Assembly (NCBI GenBank): GCA_043812815.1
Contig: JBDRLT010000026.1
Location: 1-63,332, forward strand
Source: Candidatus Woesearchaeota archaeon
GTDB lineage: Archaea > Nanobdellota > Nanobdellia > Woesearchaeales > JAGVZT01
DNA: 63,332 nt
Reading direction: 5' to 3'
Each line of letters starts with the position of its first letter. The first letter of the stretch is position 1. This document shows, piece after piece, positions 10,199-20,703 of this stretch. The notes under the pieces were generated by a model. It saw only the letters and a program-made list of their open reading frames with translations. It had not been told where the DNA came from and did not search any database. The translations under genes were made by a program, and so were the position numbers.

Positions 10199-10202
10199 GG
10201 CA

Positions 10203-10295
10203 ATGCTCAGAGAAACAACCCTGATAGATTACGAAGAGTTTAAACCAATCGTAATCAACTATCTGCAGTCAGTTAGAGCAAAAATCCACATATGA
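10203..10295 (+). CDS. Small ORF (30 aa), possibly a truncated partner of the AbrB gene
   Basis: GAGGTGA SD; the stop overlaps the ATG of the next gene (ATGA). Confidence 0.4.
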   Translation: MLRETTLIDYEEFKPIVINYLQSVRAKIHI

Positions 10296-11125
10296 ACTAC
10301 ATCCAAAAATCTCAAATCAGATTAAAACCAAATAGCCCAAACAGTCACAAAGGTCAGAATGGCCGGCTGCTTTTGGTGGGTGGCTCTGACAACTATGTGG
10401 GGGCAGTCATACTTGCAGGCATGGCTGCATTCTCAACAGGCATTGATATGGTAACCATAGTTGCCCCTGAAAAAGTAGCCTGGGCAATCAACTGTCAGAA
10501 TCCCAACTTCATCACCCCAAAATTTAGGGGTAATCATCTCACTTCTAGACAAATAAAAGAGATCACCCGGCTTGCCCAAAAAAATGACGCAATCCTTATC
10601 GGTAATGGGATTGGCACAAAATCTTCCACTAATAAGCTTGTGAACAACCTTGTTGCACTTCCAACCCCAAAAGTGATTGATGCCGATGCAATCAAAGCAA
10701 CTCAGATTCAAAAAATTAGCAATGCAATCATTACACCGCACCAAACAGAATATTCAATTCTTCTAAAGAATTCAAAATTAACAGATGAAAATATGCAACA
10801 ACACCTGCGTGAAAATGTCCTGCTATTAAAGGGCAGAATAGACACCATTGTAACTCGTACCAAACGAGTATACAACAGGACAGGCAACCAGGGCATGACA
10901 GTTGGAGGAACAGGAGACTGCCTTGCAGGACTATGCGCAGGTTTTGTTGCCAAAGGCTATTCTCTCTTTGATGCAGCTTGCTATGCTGCATATCTCAATG
11001 GCTATGCTGGCGACATACTCTTCAAGCTAAAAGGAGATGCCTTGCTGGCAACAGACATAGTCGATATTCTGCCATATATCCTAAAAAAGTTTTACCCAAA
11101 CAACAAATTATTTAAAGTTAAATAA
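10292..11125 (+). CDS. nnrD: ADP/ATP-dependent NAD(P)H-hydrate dehydratase (YjeF C-terminal domain)
   Basis: SHKGQNGR, VIDADA, ITPH and GGTGDCLAG motifs. Confidence 0.92.
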   Translation: MNYIQKSQIRLKPNSPNSHKGQNGRLLLVGGSDNYVGAVILAGMAAFSTGIDMVTIVAPEKVAWAINCQNPNFITPKFRGNHLTSRQIKEITRLAQKNDAILIGNGIGTKSSTNKLVNNLVALPTPKVIDADAIKATQIQKISNAIITPHQTEYSILLKNSKLTDENMQQHLRENVLLLKGRIDTIVTRTKRVYNRTGNQGMTVGGTGDCLAGLCAGFVAKGYSLFDAACYAAYLNGYAGDILFKLKGDALLATDIVDILPYILKKFYPNNKLFKVK

Positions 11126-11141
11126 GAACAGGCGATTACAG

Positions 11142-12710
11142 ATGGATAAACCCCTGCCAAACAGAAAAGAGGAATTCCTTGCAGACAAGCAATCGTTTGC
11201 AGAGTACTTGAAACAGCAGAAGGTAGAGCCAGAGTACACTGAAGTACAGCTTGATATGTGGGATTATGAGCCTTATCCAACCCCCCTTAGTAAATTCCGG
11301 TGGGTTATGGTCGCTCACGATGAAAGCCTTGAGGCGATGTACTATTGGATTATTACTTCTTATAGAAGAGATTATGGATTCCCAACATTCTACAAGATTA
11401 CTGACATCTTTGCAGCCTCTGAGCTTTCAGCAATGTTTGGCGTATCGCAGCAGCGACTGGGCTTGTGGCAGGACAAAGTGTCCCAATTTTTGGCAGCTGC
11501 CGGCAAGATGGTAAAAGAACTCTTCCAGTTTGTGCGCGAGCTCCGTATAATAGATGAGAGACTTAGCCTCTATAAAGATAGCTATATCCCCCAGAAGCAT
11601 AAAGCAGATTCTGCAGACATCGCTTTGAAAGGGATTTGGATAGATCTGGTTGAAGGTGGTGGTAAGAACCCTGCTTCGGTCTATGGCCTGGCAAGAGAAG
11701 TGGGCTTCACAATACTGCCTGACCTTTTCTTTCGAGTACGGCCATTGCACAGCAAAAAGATAAAAAGCAACCTCAGCGAGGTTACCGCTGATGATGTGAA
11801 AACCTTATGCGATGCAGAGATTGATGCACTTGATAAAACAGTAGACAATTTACCCTATAACAAAAAGATGCTTGAGGTGCTCAAGCGCAAGCTGCGCACC
11901 TACCTAGAATGGAAAAAGCATACCTTCATGGAGCTGCTCACCAGAAGAAGATTTACTCTGCAATATTTCCGGCAGCATTATGACATTATTAGGTTGTACA
12001 TGAGTTGGATCAAACCATATTTGAGGCTCATAAGAAGGGTTCAAGCCCCTGAAAGCATGCAAGACTCAGCTACACTGATAGGAGCTTTTGAAGGCTCTAT
12101 GATTGAAATAGAAGTGCTTGCCAGGCAGAAAAAACCTACCTATGGGCCATATAATGCAATAGGGCTGCTCCACTTCGAGTATACCACCACTCCCACAATG
12201 TCCTACCAGCAGGAAGGCTTCCAGAGAGGCCCTAAACACGAGGGTAAAGCAGTGATTACTGTACGCTCTTATGTCTGGGATGACAAGCAAATCCAGGCGT
12301 ATCTCGATATGAAGAAAAAAGAGGATATTGAGCTTCTGTCTACTATCGATGAGTCTCTTAAAGAGGCTATGAATTCACTCGGTGATGATATTAAAACATA
12401 TCTTGTCGAGGCAGGGGACATCGTCTATAAAAAAGAGTTGGCAGAGAAAGAAGGCAGGAAAACAAAAGAAGGTGAAGAAAAAAGGAAAAGAGAAGGTAAT
12501 CCAGGAGCATTTTCACCGCTCTTTTCAGTCTTTGATGGGTTTAAAGACATCTTCCAGGCCTTTGCTGGCACCCCTGGTGAAAAACCCAAAGTTGAGTTTA
12601 GTTATGAAGAAAAAAAGGCAGCAAAGTCCCGCGCAGAGAGGCATGCAAATGACGCCTGCTGGCGTGCATTCAAAAATTACAGGAAAGGTCATAAAATGCT
12701 AACATGGTAA
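11142..12710 (+). CDS. Hypothetical protein, mostly helical (522 aa)
   Basis: Long ORF with host-like codon use; overlaps the next gene by 7 nt. Confidence 0.8.
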   Translation: MDKPLPNRKEEFLADKQSFAEYLKQQKVEPEYTEVQLDMWDYEPYPTPLSKFRWVMVAHDESLEAMYYWIITSYRRDYGFPTFYKITDIFAASELSAMFGVSQQRLGLWQDKVSQFLAAAGKMVKELFQFVRELRIIDERLSLYKDSYIPQKHKADSADIALKGIWIDLVEGGGKNPASVYGLAREVGFTILPDLFFRVRPLHSKKIKSNLSEVTADDVKTLCDAEIDALDKTVDNLPYNKKMLEVLKRKLRTYLEWKKHTFMELLTRRRFTLQYFRQHYDIIRLYMSWIKPYLRLIRRVQAPESMQDSATLIGAFEGSMIEIEVLARQKKPTYGPYNAIGLLHFEYTTTPTMSYQQEGFQRGPKHEGKAVITVRSYVWDDKQIQAYLDMKKKEDIELLSTIDESLKEAMNSLGDDIKTYLVEAGDIVYKKELAEKEGRKTKEGEEKRKREGNPGAFSPLFSVFDGFKDIFQAFAGTPGEKPKVEFSYEEKKAAKSRAERHANDACWRAFKNYRKGHKMLTW

Positions 12711-13336
12711 ATGAACTTGATGAAATCAAAAAGCTTGGCCCGGAGCAGAGGATTGCTAGCCTCAGAAAGCTCGAAACCAAGAGGAAACAGGAGATTGAAG
12801 AAGCAAGGAAACTAATCTCCAGTTCACAAGAAGAAATCAAGCTTCAGGAAGAACTCAAAGATATTCCTATTCCACAAGTCAAAGCCGTTAATATTGATGC
12901 GCTGTTTAGCAGCGAAGAGAAAGAGGTATTCAAAACAAAAAGGTTCATCTCTGAACAGCCAAAGGCAGAAGAGCCTGGAAAAGTAGAAAGCTCACTCGAT
13001 ACAATTGCAGCTGAACAACCAGCAAGAGTGCCAAAACAGGCAGCTGTTCAGTACGCTGATCAGCTTGAAGAGGCTCTTAATAAGGCCACAGTGATTCAGC
13101 AAAATTATAACACAATTATCGAGCTTGCCCAAGATGCAGCGCAGGGCAACCTGCCAGAATACCAGATGCAAAGGCTGCAGAACTACCAACAAGCTCTCCA
13201 TGAAGTCTATGCAACAATGAAGGCGCAAGAAGAGCGCTTCCAGAGGCTTGATGAGCGTTTGGAAAAAATTCAGAATGTTATAACTGCGGCAGACAAGGCA
13301 GTTTATGAGGCGCTAGGAAGGAGGGCAATGTGGTAG
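12704..13336 (+). CDS. Coiled-coil hypothetical protein
   Basis: E/K/Q-rich heptads; overlaps both neighbours. Confidence 0.75.
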   Translation: MVNELDEIKKLGPEQRIASLRKLETKRKQEIEEARKLISSSQEEIKLQEELKDIPIPQVKAVNIDALFSSEEKEVFKTKRFISEQPKAEEPGKVESSLDTIAAEQPARVPKQAAVQYADQLEEALNKATVIQQNYNTIIELAQDAAQGNLPEYQMQRLQNYQQALHEVYATMKAQEERFQRLDERLEKIQNVITAADKAVYEALGRRAMW

Positions 13337-15204
13337 TTTTTGACATTCCCACATATTCCCATGCTATGGATTCTTACACTGCTACGGACAAGAAGCCTCT
13401 TGCAGAATTGGAGATAAGCCAAATCGGCGTAAGTGCTAACCCCACAGGAGACCAGCTTGAAGGCCTAAAAGCCAAAATATTCCAGGGCGCTTCCAGAGTA
13501 GAGCTTGGTTTCGCAGGAGCAGGCAAAGGCAGCATGCAAGGGAGACAAACAACCCCCGGGATGTATGGTGCAGATGAGAGGCAAGACATCCGCGAATTGG
13601 CTCAGCTTAACGAGGTAAAACTCTCAACGCATGCCAGCTATGCTGCTGGCCCGCTTTCAGGCATGGCACGGGGCGGCTTTGACGAGTCTCAGAGAGAGCA
13701 CACTTTGCATGAAATCCAAAGGGCAATAGATTTTGCATCTGACACTGCCAAGGGTGGAGCAGTTGTCGTACACGCAGGGGAATTCCCAAGGGCAATAAGC
13801 GAAGATTTTGGCAGCCAGGGTTTCAAGGGTTTTCAAAATGAGCCAAATGAGGCAGTCATGTATCTTGTTGACAAGCAAAATGGCAAGATAATTGAGGGAG
13901 TAAGAAAAGACCAGAAAGTATTCTGGCCTGTCTGGGAGAAAAATGAAAAAGGGAATTATGTTAAAGACGAATGGGGGCAGTTTGTTCCTGAATGGGATAA
14001 AGCAAATAAAACATTCAAAGTTGAGCAGCAAACTTGGGAGGATTTTGAAAAGTTTGCCAAATGGCATAATGAGCATGAAGCAACCAATGGGGAAAAAATC
14101 ACCCCTGCTCAGGCATTTTACAGGGCCAGTTTAGAAGCTAAAAGGCAATATGCCTACGCGTGGGGCATTCAGCATGCGCACCAGTTTGAGGAGGTTCAAG
14201 AGGAACTTGGCAAATATAAAAAAGCCCTTGAATTCTACCAAAATTTGGAAAAAAACATTCCTGAAGATGAGAAATGGAAGCTACTTCACGAAGGTGGGAG
14301 AAGATATGTTGCAGATATTTTTGTACCGGCTGATGTTAAAATGCCTTCAGAATGGCTGCAAAAGCAAATAAAAGATTTGGAAGTGTCGGCAAAATACGCA
14401 AAAGAGGTTTCAGTGAGCCAGCTCCAACAATCAATGGAAATGAAGGATATGGGCGAAAGAGCTGTCCCCATCCAAGACTATGCATTAGAAAGATCTGCAG
14501 ACACCATAGCCAGAGCTGCAGAATTCGCATTAGGCAAGTCGGAAACACTCAAGAAAAGAGGAGAACTCAAAGAGCCAATATTCGTTGCAGTTGAAAACAT
14601 AGAACCTGAGATGTATGGTTCTCATCCAGAAGAGCTGAAGGCACTGATAGGAAATGCAAGGGATGAGTTTGTCAAAAGAAACAAGGGCAAATATGGAGAG
14701 GATAAAGCCAGGGAGCTGGCACAGGACTATATAAAAGCCACATTCGACATCGGGCATGCAAATATGTGGAGGAAATATTTCGAAGGCGATCCTAATAAAA
14801 GCTGGGAAGAGAATACATCCACTTTCCAAAACTGGCTATTGAATCAGGTGCAAGACTTAAATAAGAATAAGATGATAGGGCACGTTCACGTTTCAGACAA
14901 CTTCGGCTGGAATGATGAGCATGTCACTCCGGGCCAAGGCACGGCCCCCATCAAAGAGTTCGTTGATAAGATGAAGAAGGCCGGGATGCAAGACCTTATA
15001 GTTGAGCCAGGCCACCAAGATTTTAAAGCCATGCTTGGGGGCTGGAGAGAGTTTGGAGCCCCTATTTATGGTAGTCCGCCAACAGAAAGATGGGAGAATA
15101 TTGAGCACTCTTACTTTGGAAGGGTACGCCGGCCTTACTTCATCTTTGGAGATTACGCCCCAAGCCAGGATTTCACATTATGGACAGGTGTAGGGTTAGA
15201 ATAA
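13330..15204 (+). CDS. Xylose isomerase/AP endonuclease 2-like TIM-barrel metalloprotein with a large insertion
   Basis: STHAS, VVVHAGEFPR, AVEN, FDIGH, HVHVSDN, DEH and IVE metal-ligand motifs. Confidence 0.82.
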   Translation: MVVFDIPTYSHAMDSYTATDKKPLAELEISQIGVSANPTGDQLEGLKAKIFQGASRVELGFAGAGKGSMQGRQTTPGMYGADERQDIRELAQLNEVKLSTHASYAAGPLSGMARGGFDESQREHTLHEIQRAIDFASDTAKGGAVVVHAGEFPRAISEDFGSQGFKGFQNEPNEAVMYLVDKQNGKIIEGVRKDQKVFWPVWEKNEKGNYVKDEWGQFVPEWDKANKTFKVEQQTWEDFEKFAKWHNEHEATNGEKITPAQAFYRASLEAKRQYAYAWGIQHAHQFEEVQEELGKYKKALEFYQNLEKNIPEDEKWKLLHEGGRRYVADIFVPADVKMPSEWLQKQIKDLEVSAKYAKEVSVSQLQQSMEMKDMGERAVPIQDYALERSADTIARAAEFALGKSETLKKRGELKEPIFVAVENIEPEMYGSHPEELKALIGNARDEFVKRNKGKYGEDKARELAQDYIKATFDIGHANMWRKYFEGDPNKSWEENTSTFQNWLLNQVQDLNKNKMIGHVHVSDNFGWNDEHVTPGQGTAPIKEFVDKMKKAGMQDLIVEPGHQDFKAMLGGWREFGAPIYGSPPTERWENIEHSYFGRVRRPYFIFGDYAPSQDFTLWTGVGLE

Positions 15205-15371
15205 AATTATGACCTGGTTCTTGCAACCATATGCTTGCAGTTTGTACAAACAAGAATATCGTATACACTATTACTCACTGTTTGTTCTCTCTTCTTTACC
15301 AAACTTCCTTTTCCACAAAAACTACATTTTTCAGGCATTAATAATAAAATAAATTCTCAAGCTTAAAAATC

Positions 15372-15551
15372 TTATCCTGTAAACCAGGTGTGCCACATCA
15401 TCTTGGCTCCTCCCAGTAAAAATACAACTGTCCACCAGCTTATGCCCCAGCCGCTAATATACCCTAAATCCTGCAGCAGGAACCAAAAACCAAGCAGCAA
15501 AACCAAAACAGAAAACCATTTTTTACATCCGCACTCGCATTTTTTTTCCAT
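15372..15551 (-). CDS. Small two-TM membrane protein (DUF5668/LiaF-like hairpin)
   Basis: GAGGTGA SD; LLLGFWFLLQDLGYI...W pattern. Confidence 0.7.
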   Translation of the reverse strand: MEKKCECGCKKWFSVLVLLLGFWFLLQDLGYISGWGISWWTVVFLLGGAKMMWHTWFTG

Positions 15552-15675
15552 CAAATCACCTCTTTGTATTTTCCTAATTCACTCACACCCATTTTTATTT
15601 ATAAATCTTTCTATCGCTGTATTATTTTAGAATAGACTTATTGCTCCTATGAAGATTTCTCATAAGAGAGATGAA

Positions 15676-18123
15676 TCATAAATCTGTTAAGCTAAGCTGC
15701 TTAACATCCCTCTTTGCTTTCAGTGTTTTCGCCAATCTGTCTTCCTCTTCTAAGCTTTTCTGGATCTCCTTAGCTCTCTCAACAATCTCAGCCGGCATCC
15801 CGGCAATCTTGGCCACATGTATCCCATAACTCCTGTCTGTACCGCCCTTAACAATCCTCCTCAGGAAAACCACATCACCTTCATCTTCTTTAACTGCAAA
15901 ATTGTAATTCTTGATATTCTCATAACTGTCAGCAAGCTTGTTAAGCACATGATAGTGCGTAGCAAACATAGTCTTGCACTTCAGTCTTTTATAAACATAC
16001 TCGACAACACTCCATGCAATACTAACCCCATCATATGTTGATGTACCTCTACCTATTTCATCCAGAATTACCAGGGACTGAGCTGTGGCATTATTCATAA
16101 TATTGGCTGTCTGGGTCATCTCAACCATAAAAGTTGATTGCCCACGTGCCAAATCATCAGAAGCCCCAACCCGAGTGAAGATCCTATCAACCACCCCTAT
16201 CGCTGCCTTATTTGCAGGAACAAAACTTCCAAGCTGCGCCATAACCACAGTCAAAGCGACTTGCCGCATATATGTAGATTTGCCGGCCATATTTGGACCA
16301 GTTATTATCATTATTTCCCCCTTGTTAAGCATGCAATCATTTGGAACAAAATCAGTAGCTAACTCAAGCACAGGATGCCGGCCTGCCCCAATAGTTATAC
16401 TACCCCCATTATCCAAACAGGGTTTGTGATACGAATTATTGACTGCAACATGAGCAAGGGAACACAAAACATCCACATGTGCCAATCTCTTTGAAGTGTC
16501 CTGTACCTGTTTTGTATACTCTGAAACCTGCCTGACAACTTCCATAAACAGTCTTTTCTCCAGCTCCCATATCCTCTCTTCAGCATTGACAATCATCTCT
16601 TCTCTCTCTTTCAAATCAGGAGTGACATAACGTTCACAGTTCACAAGGGTTTGTTTTCTGATGTAATCAGAAGGCACAAACCCTAAATTGGCTTTTGTTA
16701 TCTCAATATAATATCCAAAAACCTTGTTATACCTTACCCTAAGATTCTTAATACCCGTACGCCCAATTTCTCTTTGTTCAAGCGATTTAATATACTCCTT
16801 GCTGTTCGACCGTATCTCATGCAGTTCATCCACTTCAGCATTAAACCCTTTCATAATCATATTTCCTTCAGTAATTATCGCAGAGGGTTCACTCTTAATT
16901 GACTTTTCAAGCAACGCTACCACTTCCTTAACATCGTCCATCTTTTGTAACAACCTAAGAAGCTTTGTCGAGCATTTGGCCAACTCCTTTTTAATCAAAG
17001 GTACATACCTCAATGAATCCTTCAATCCCACAAGGTCAATAGCAGTGCATTTGCCATAAGCTACCCTAGATATTATCCTTTCAATATCCCCTGTTTTTGC
17101 CAATACTGCCTGAAGGTCTTTTCTAACAATTGTCTTATTTATCAATTCGTCTACAGAATCCAATCTAGCATTGATCAGCTTCAGATCAATTAATGGCTGC
17201 TGGATCCAGCGCTTAATCAGCCTAGCACCCATTGCAGATTTGGTTTTGTCAAGAACCCACAGTAAAGAGTATTCAATTGCTGAATCTCTGGAATTTTTCA
17301 ACAGCTCAAGGTTTTGCACAGTTGCCAAATCCATTTGCAGATGGGTATGGGTTCCAACAACCCTGATTTTGTTAATAAATTCAAGGGAATTTTTCTGCGT
17401 GCTCTTAAGATAAAGTAACAGACTCCCTGCCGCGCTCACCATCAGTTTGTCAACAAGTCCAAACCCTTCCAAACTTTGAGTCTTAAAATGCCCTTTTAAT
17501 ATTTCTTCTCCCTTCTGATATTCAAAATAGCAATCTTCTAATAAGTTTACATAAGCTTTGGATTCTAATTTCTTAATAAGTTGAGAATTGACTGCCAATG
17601 AATATGGCACCAGAATCTCAGACGGGGAATAAGAGGCAAGAAAGCCGTCAATCTCTCCCAACGACACAATGAATTCGCCTGTGGACAAATCAACCACAGC
17701 AACCCCATTGTTTTCTCCTATTTGATAAATACTCATAATATAATTATTGGATCTTTCGTCAAGCACACCACTGTCAATAACCGTCCCCGGCGTAACCACC
17801 CTAACCACATCTCTTTTTACAACACCCTTAGCTAGCTTAGGGTCTTCCATCTGCTCGCAGATTGCCAGCTTATGCCCTTTCTTAACAAACTTGGCAATAT
17901 ATGGATCAACTGCATGGTAAGGAACTCCCGCCAAAGGTACTTTGATGCCCCGGATGGTTCTGCTTGTCAGAGTGATACCTAAAACCTCTGAAGCCACTTT
18001 TGCATCATCGTAAAACATCTCATAGAAATCACCCATCCTGAACATCAGAATACAATCTTTATAATCCTTTTTAATCCGATTATACTGCTGCATAGCGGGT
18101 GTTAGGCTTTCCATTTCCCACAT
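15676..18123 (-). CDS. mutS: DNA mismatch repair protein MutS (MutS1)
   Basis: TPAMQQY, FRMGDFYEMF, TGPNMAGKSTYMRQ, STFMVEM, DEIGRGTS and ATHYH motifs. Confidence 0.97.
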   Translation of the reverse strand: MWEMESLTPAMQQYNRIKKDYKDCILMFRMGDFYEMFYDDAKVASEVLGITLTSRTIRGIKVPLAGVPYHAVDPYIAKFVKKGHKLAICEQMEDPKLAKGVVKRDVVRVVTPGTVIDSGVLDERSNNYIMSIYQIGENNGVAVVDLSTGEFIVSLGEIDGFLASYSPSEILVPYSLAVNSQLIKKLESKAYVNLLEDCYFEYQKGEEILKGHFKTQSLEGFGLVDKLMVSAAGSLLLYLKSTQKNSLEFINKIRVVGTHTHLQMDLATVQNLELLKNSRDSAIEYSLLWVLDKTKSAMGARLIKRWIQQPLIDLKLINARLDSVDELINKTIVRKDLQAVLAKTGDIERIISRVAYGKCTAIDLVGLKDSLRYVPLIKKELAKCSTKLLRLLQKMDDVKEVVALLEKSIKSEPSAIITEGNMIMKGFNAEVDELHEIRSNSKEYIKSLEQREIGRTGIKNLRVRYNKVFGYYIEITKANLGFVPSDYIRKQTLVNCERYVTPDLKEREEMIVNAEERIWELEKRLFMEVVRQVSEYTKQVQDTSKRLAHVDVLCSLAHVAVNNSYHKPCLDNGGSITIGAGRHPVLELATDFVPNDCMLNKGEIMIITGPNMAGKSTYMRQVALTVVMAQLGSFVPANKAAIGVVDRIFTRVGASDDLARGQSTFMVEMTQTANIMNNATAQSLVILDEIGRGTSTYDGVSIAWSVVEYVYKRLKCKTMFATHYHVLNKLADSYENIKNYNFAVKEDEGDVVFLRRIVKGGTDRSYGIHVAKIAGMPAEIVERAKEIQKSLEEEDRLAKTLKAKRDVKQLSLTDL

Positions 18124-18164
18124 TCTAAACTTGTTAAATTCTATAAATATGTTTTGATTACCAA

Positions 18165-19406
18165 TTACTGAATGATACCGTAACCAATCAGTCTAAACCT
18201 TGAAGCCACTCTGCGAGAAATAGTAACCCTTGAGGAAAGGTCTGCACACACAGGCCTTTTTAGTTTGCATTCCACTACCTTTTTAGCTAAATCCATCACA
18301 ATGCCTGCGGTTGAGCACGAATTGATATTCAACAAAAGGATCTCCCCCTTTTTAATAGGCTCCACCTTTAGATCTTCTTTCGACCCAACAACCCTATCCA
18401 GAAGATGCACTTCCAGCTTGAGGTTGTACCAAACAGGCGGCAACTTTCCTATATTACCAACAACAGATCCTGCCAGCTGATCAGATTTTACAATGGATGG
18501 ATCTAGTAATGTCTGTACCCCTAGGTTCCCCCCTGGTGTAACATTCTTGACAACACAGCCCCCAGTGATAATACTAACAATCTTAGTTGTCAATGGTTCG
18601 AAGAATGTTTTCCCCTCTTTTTCAACTTTTACGCCGGGCTTAATCTCAATCTCCTGGCCTGAAGTTAACTGCCCCTGCACCAAAATACCCCCAAAAACCC
18701 CGCCTTTCATCTTCAAGGGATCCTCACCAGGTTTGTTAATATCAAAAGTTCTGGCCACAAGCATCTGTGGCTCTTTGGTCGGATCCCGCTGAGGTGTCGG
18801 GAATTCCTTTTCTATAGCCTCAATCAAAACATCAATATTTATAAGATGCTGCGCTGATATCGGGATAACCGGTGCATTCTCAAATTTGGTTCCTTTGAGA
18901 AACTCCTTTATTTGCGCATAACTCTTTAATGCCTGGTTCTCATCAACAATGTCTATCTTGTTTTGCACCACAATAATCTTGTCAATCCCTGAGATCTGCA
19001 ATGCCACCAGATGCTCTCTTGTTTGGGGCTGGGGACATTCCTCATTGGCAGCAACAAGCAAAATTGCATAATCCATAATCCTTGCCCCTGACAGCATTGT
19101 GGCCATTAAGCTCTCATGGCCAGGGGCATCAACAAAACTCACTTTTCTGAGCACTTCGGTTTTTACCTTGTGTTCAGGGCAAGTTTCCTGGGTGGTGTAG
19201 GCCTTTGATCCATCGCACTTTGGGCATTTCCGGAAAACTGCATCAGCATACCCTAGTCTAATAGTAATACCCCGCTTAATCTCCTCAGAATGAGTGTCAG
19301 CCCACTTACCAGTTAGCGCCTGCACCAGAGTGGTTTTTCCATGGTCAACATGGCCAATGGTCCCAATATTTATCACTGGTTGTACAGGCTGCTCTGACTT
19401 AACCAT
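18165..19406 (-). CDS. eif2g: Translation initiation factor aIF2 gamma subunit
   Basis: GHVDHGKTT, RGITIRLGY, DAPGHE and NKID motifs; RFRLIGYG C-terminus. Confidence 0.97.
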   Translation of the reverse strand: MVKSEQPVQPVINIGTIGHVDHGKTTLVQALTGKWADTHSEEIKRGITIRLGYADAVFRKCPKCDGSKAYTTQETCPEHKVKTEVLRKVSFVDAPGHESLMATMLSGARIMDYAILLVAANEECPQPQTREHLVALQISGIDKIIVVQNKIDIVDENQALKSYAQIKEFLKGTKFENAPVIPISAQHLINIDVLIEAIEKEFPTPQRDPTKEPQMLVARTFDINKPGEDPLKMKGGVFGGILVQGQLTSGQEIEIKPGVKVEKEGKTFFEPLTTKIVSIITGGCVVKNVTPGGNLGVQTLLDPSIVKSDQLAGSVVGNIGKLPPVWYNLKLEVHLLDRVVGSKEDLKVEPIKKGEILLLNINSCSTAGIVMDLAKKVVECKLKRPVCADLSSRVTISRRVASRFRLIGYGIIQ

Positions 19407-20017
19407 TATTTATTCTCTCCTTGAGCAGACTCCTTGCTATTTTTCGGTTTTTCTGCTGCACCGCCTTCCTTCCTATCAACCTTTTTCGGCTTTTCTGTGC
19501 CGCTATCCTCTTTCTTTTCAGTCTTTTTAGTTTTTTCTGCTGCACTGTCTTCTTTCTTTTCAGTCTTCTTAGTTTTGTCTGTCTTACTCTCTTCCTTCTT
19601 GTCAGCCTTCTTGGATTCCTCTGCTGCACCCTCTTTCTTCTCTTCAGCTGCTTCTTCCACAAGCTTCATTTTGCCTTCTTTGAGCACTTTGAGATTAATT
19701 TGCGAAATCTTGGCATGGATTGCGTTTCCGCAAACTGTTTTCCTCTTCCTCAGTCCAGCTCCCTTTTGGTTCATACCAACCCCACGAGTAATCAGCACAC
19801 GCTTTCTCCCACTTCCAGGCAAATCCTTTCTCATAGGAAAACCGCAATAATCAGAACCCCCACAGATCTCAAATTCATAGCCTGCTAGGCCTATCTTGTC
19901 ACCACTAATCTTATCACCCAACTTTAACCCAAGAAATGCTTTAGCCTCTTCATCCTTAACAACGCGCTGCGCGCATTTACCATTTTTTAACCCGAGTACA
20001 AGTTTGAACTCAGCCAT
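19406..20017 (-). CDS. rps6e: 30S ribosomal protein S6e with a long K/E-rich repetitive C-terminal tail
   Basis: GGSDYCGFPMRKD and RKRKTVCGN motifs; conserved rps6e-eif2g adjacency. Confidence 0.95.
   Translation of the reverse strand: MAEFKLVLGLKNGKCAQRVVKDEEAKAFLGLKLGDKISGDKIGLAGYEFEICGGSDYCGFPMRKDLPGSGRKRVLITRGVGMNQKGAGLRKRKTVCGNAIHAKISQINLKVLKEGKMKLVEEAAEEKKEGAAEESKKADKKEESKTDKTKKTEKKEDSAAEKTKKTEKKEDSGTEKPKKVDRKEGGAAEKPKNSKESAQGENK
19440..19610 (-). repeat. About four degenerate 42-nt (14-aa) tandem repeats in the rpS6e tail
   Basis: ADKKEESKTDKTKK / TEKKEDSAAEKTKK / TEKKEDSGTEKPKK / VDRKEGGAAEKPKN. Confidence 0.75.
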
Positions 20018-20057
20018 ATAACCACCTCACTATTATTACCTAGGATTCCAATCGTAT

Positions 20058-20666
20058 TTAAAAGGGTTTTGGTACATCCTCAAACAAGTGCCTGTTAAAC
20101 CTTACTTTCATTAAATAAGATGCTCCCTCTGGCACAACTGTGATTTTAACAAGCTCTTTCACCTGGGATCCCCCATAACTATCTGGAATAGAAATGCGCA
20201 CTTCAATACCACTACGTGGCCCAGCGATATATGCCTTTGCACCATAATTTGCTCGGTTTGTAACGATAACAGGAGATTCACATTGCACAAGATCAAGAGC
20301 ATCGAATGTCAGACTGTAGGTGCTTGCAACAATAACCCTTTTTATACGCTCACCTCGAAGCTCCAAACTATTGAAAAAGTGTAAATTGACTCTATACTCT
20401 GTATTTTCAAGGTCACAGTCTACTGCATCGAGGAGCCCATACAGAGTCCTCAATAAATCAAAATATGATAAGCCCAATTTAGACTGGTAACATCTCAACC
20501 GATTAGCTACATATATTGGCTGTAGACCAAGATTGTCAACCATTGCCTGCAAATTAGCAAGCCCATTAAAATCAAAACCATCATGACCGTTGTTTCTTGC
20601 TGCTTCCTCAAGCTCAGATCCAACACCATCAGAAGAGATTACCTCTGTCAATGAACTATTAGCCAT
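20058..20666 (-). CDS. Orphan hypothetical protein (likely start MANSS at 20666)
   Basis: Open frame; TATA at ~20690-20697. Confidence 0.6.
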   Translation of the reverse strand: MANSSLTEVISSDGVGSELEEAARNNGHDGFDFNGLANLQAMVDNLGLQPIYVANRLRCYQSKLGLSYFDLLRTLYGLLDAVDCDLENTEYRVNLHFFNSLELRGERIKRVIVASTYSLTFDALDLVQCESPVIVTNRANYGAKAYIAGPRSGIEVRISIPDSYGGSQVKELVKITVVPEGASYLMKVRFNRHLFEDVPKPF

Positions 20667-20703
20667 ACTGTGGGTTTTTATACTAGACATATAAATGTTT
20701 CTA

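Noticed and set aside
19399-19888. Alternative-frame and antisense ORFs over rps6e
   Set aside because: By-products of the low-complexity repeat tail
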